DNA of 64,000 bases. It comes from a virus. Position numbers and translations under genes: made by a program. Each line of letters begins with the position of its first letter. The first letter of the stretch is position 1. The DNA lies in the IMG/VR virus record IMGVR_UViG_3300012953_000001, positions 96,001 to 160,000 of that record; one strand, given 5' to 3'. This document shows positions 63,726-64,000 of the stretch, piece after piece. The notes under the pieces are model-generated. The model was not told where the DNA came from, searched no databases, and saw nothing but the letters and a program-made list of their open reading frames with translations.

Positions 63726-64000
63726 TAGTCACCTGTTTCAAAAGCTATCGTTCCTGGGACATCCCCAGGAACAGTTACCCACTTATGTGGGCTTCGCTTA
63801 CTTAGTTCGTTCTCGATGAACTCTTGGTGTGAGGTGTACTCCTGCCAGTTTGTCATAACCACCTCATACAAAATGCGGGGCCAGAGCTTCTCGTACTCTT
63901 CAGGAGATAGCCTCTCTTTCCCGATATCCGTGACGCCAACCTCAGTCGCGTAAGGACACCCAAGTCTAAGCCAACCCTTGTCTCTCGCGTAGTGTGTATG
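63725..64000 (-). CDS. Partial hypothetical protein (5' end outside the window)
   Basis: Open frame ...GWLRLGCPYATEVG...GTIAFETGD* ending in a TAATG overlap. Confidence 0.55.
   Translation of the reverse strand, partial: HTHYARDKGWLRLGCPYATEVGVTDIGKERLSPEEYEKLWPRILYEVVMTNWQEYTSHQEFIENELSKRSPHKWVTVPGDVPGTIAFETGD

Noticed and set aside
1-64000. Stop-codon reassignment as seen in some jumbo phages
   Set aside because: Long ORFs tile the window under the standard code, and TAA, TAG and TGA all end well-coupled genes

Overview
A 64-kb segment of a large, apparently myovirus-like (contractile-tail) bacteriophage genome using the standard genetic code. 1-35.1 kb (minus strand) is a virion block: baseplate J-like and gp25-like wedge genes, a 1201-aa baseplate hub, a tube-initiator-like protein and a 1386-aa tape measure. 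These are interleaved with about a dozen very basic, low-complexity proteins sharing an (E/D)-K-x-A motif, plus a sigma-70-family factor, an Hc1-like protein and a PG-binding/CHAP lysin. 35.2-48.1 kb is a mostly plus-strand accessory island driven by a repeated promoter (YGCRRAR/C-N15-GGNATAAG). It holds a compact CCA-adding/poly(A) polymerase-family enzyme, three tandem Y-RNA-like stem-loops directly upstream of a Ro60/Rsr TROVE-vWA gene, a metallophosphoesterase and a 22-aa, 9-Cys metallothionein-like micropeptide. 48.1-55.8 kb (minus) encodes a patatin, conserved hypotheticals, a tail-assembly chaperone pair joined by a -1 slippery site (A AAA AAT), an amidase lysin and an HD hydrolase. 55.9-63.4 kb (plus) is a run of small early-type genes ending in an ADP-ribosyltransferase-fold candidate. 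No tRNA or CRISPR array was seen. All family assignments come from motif recognition by eye; no database search was run.
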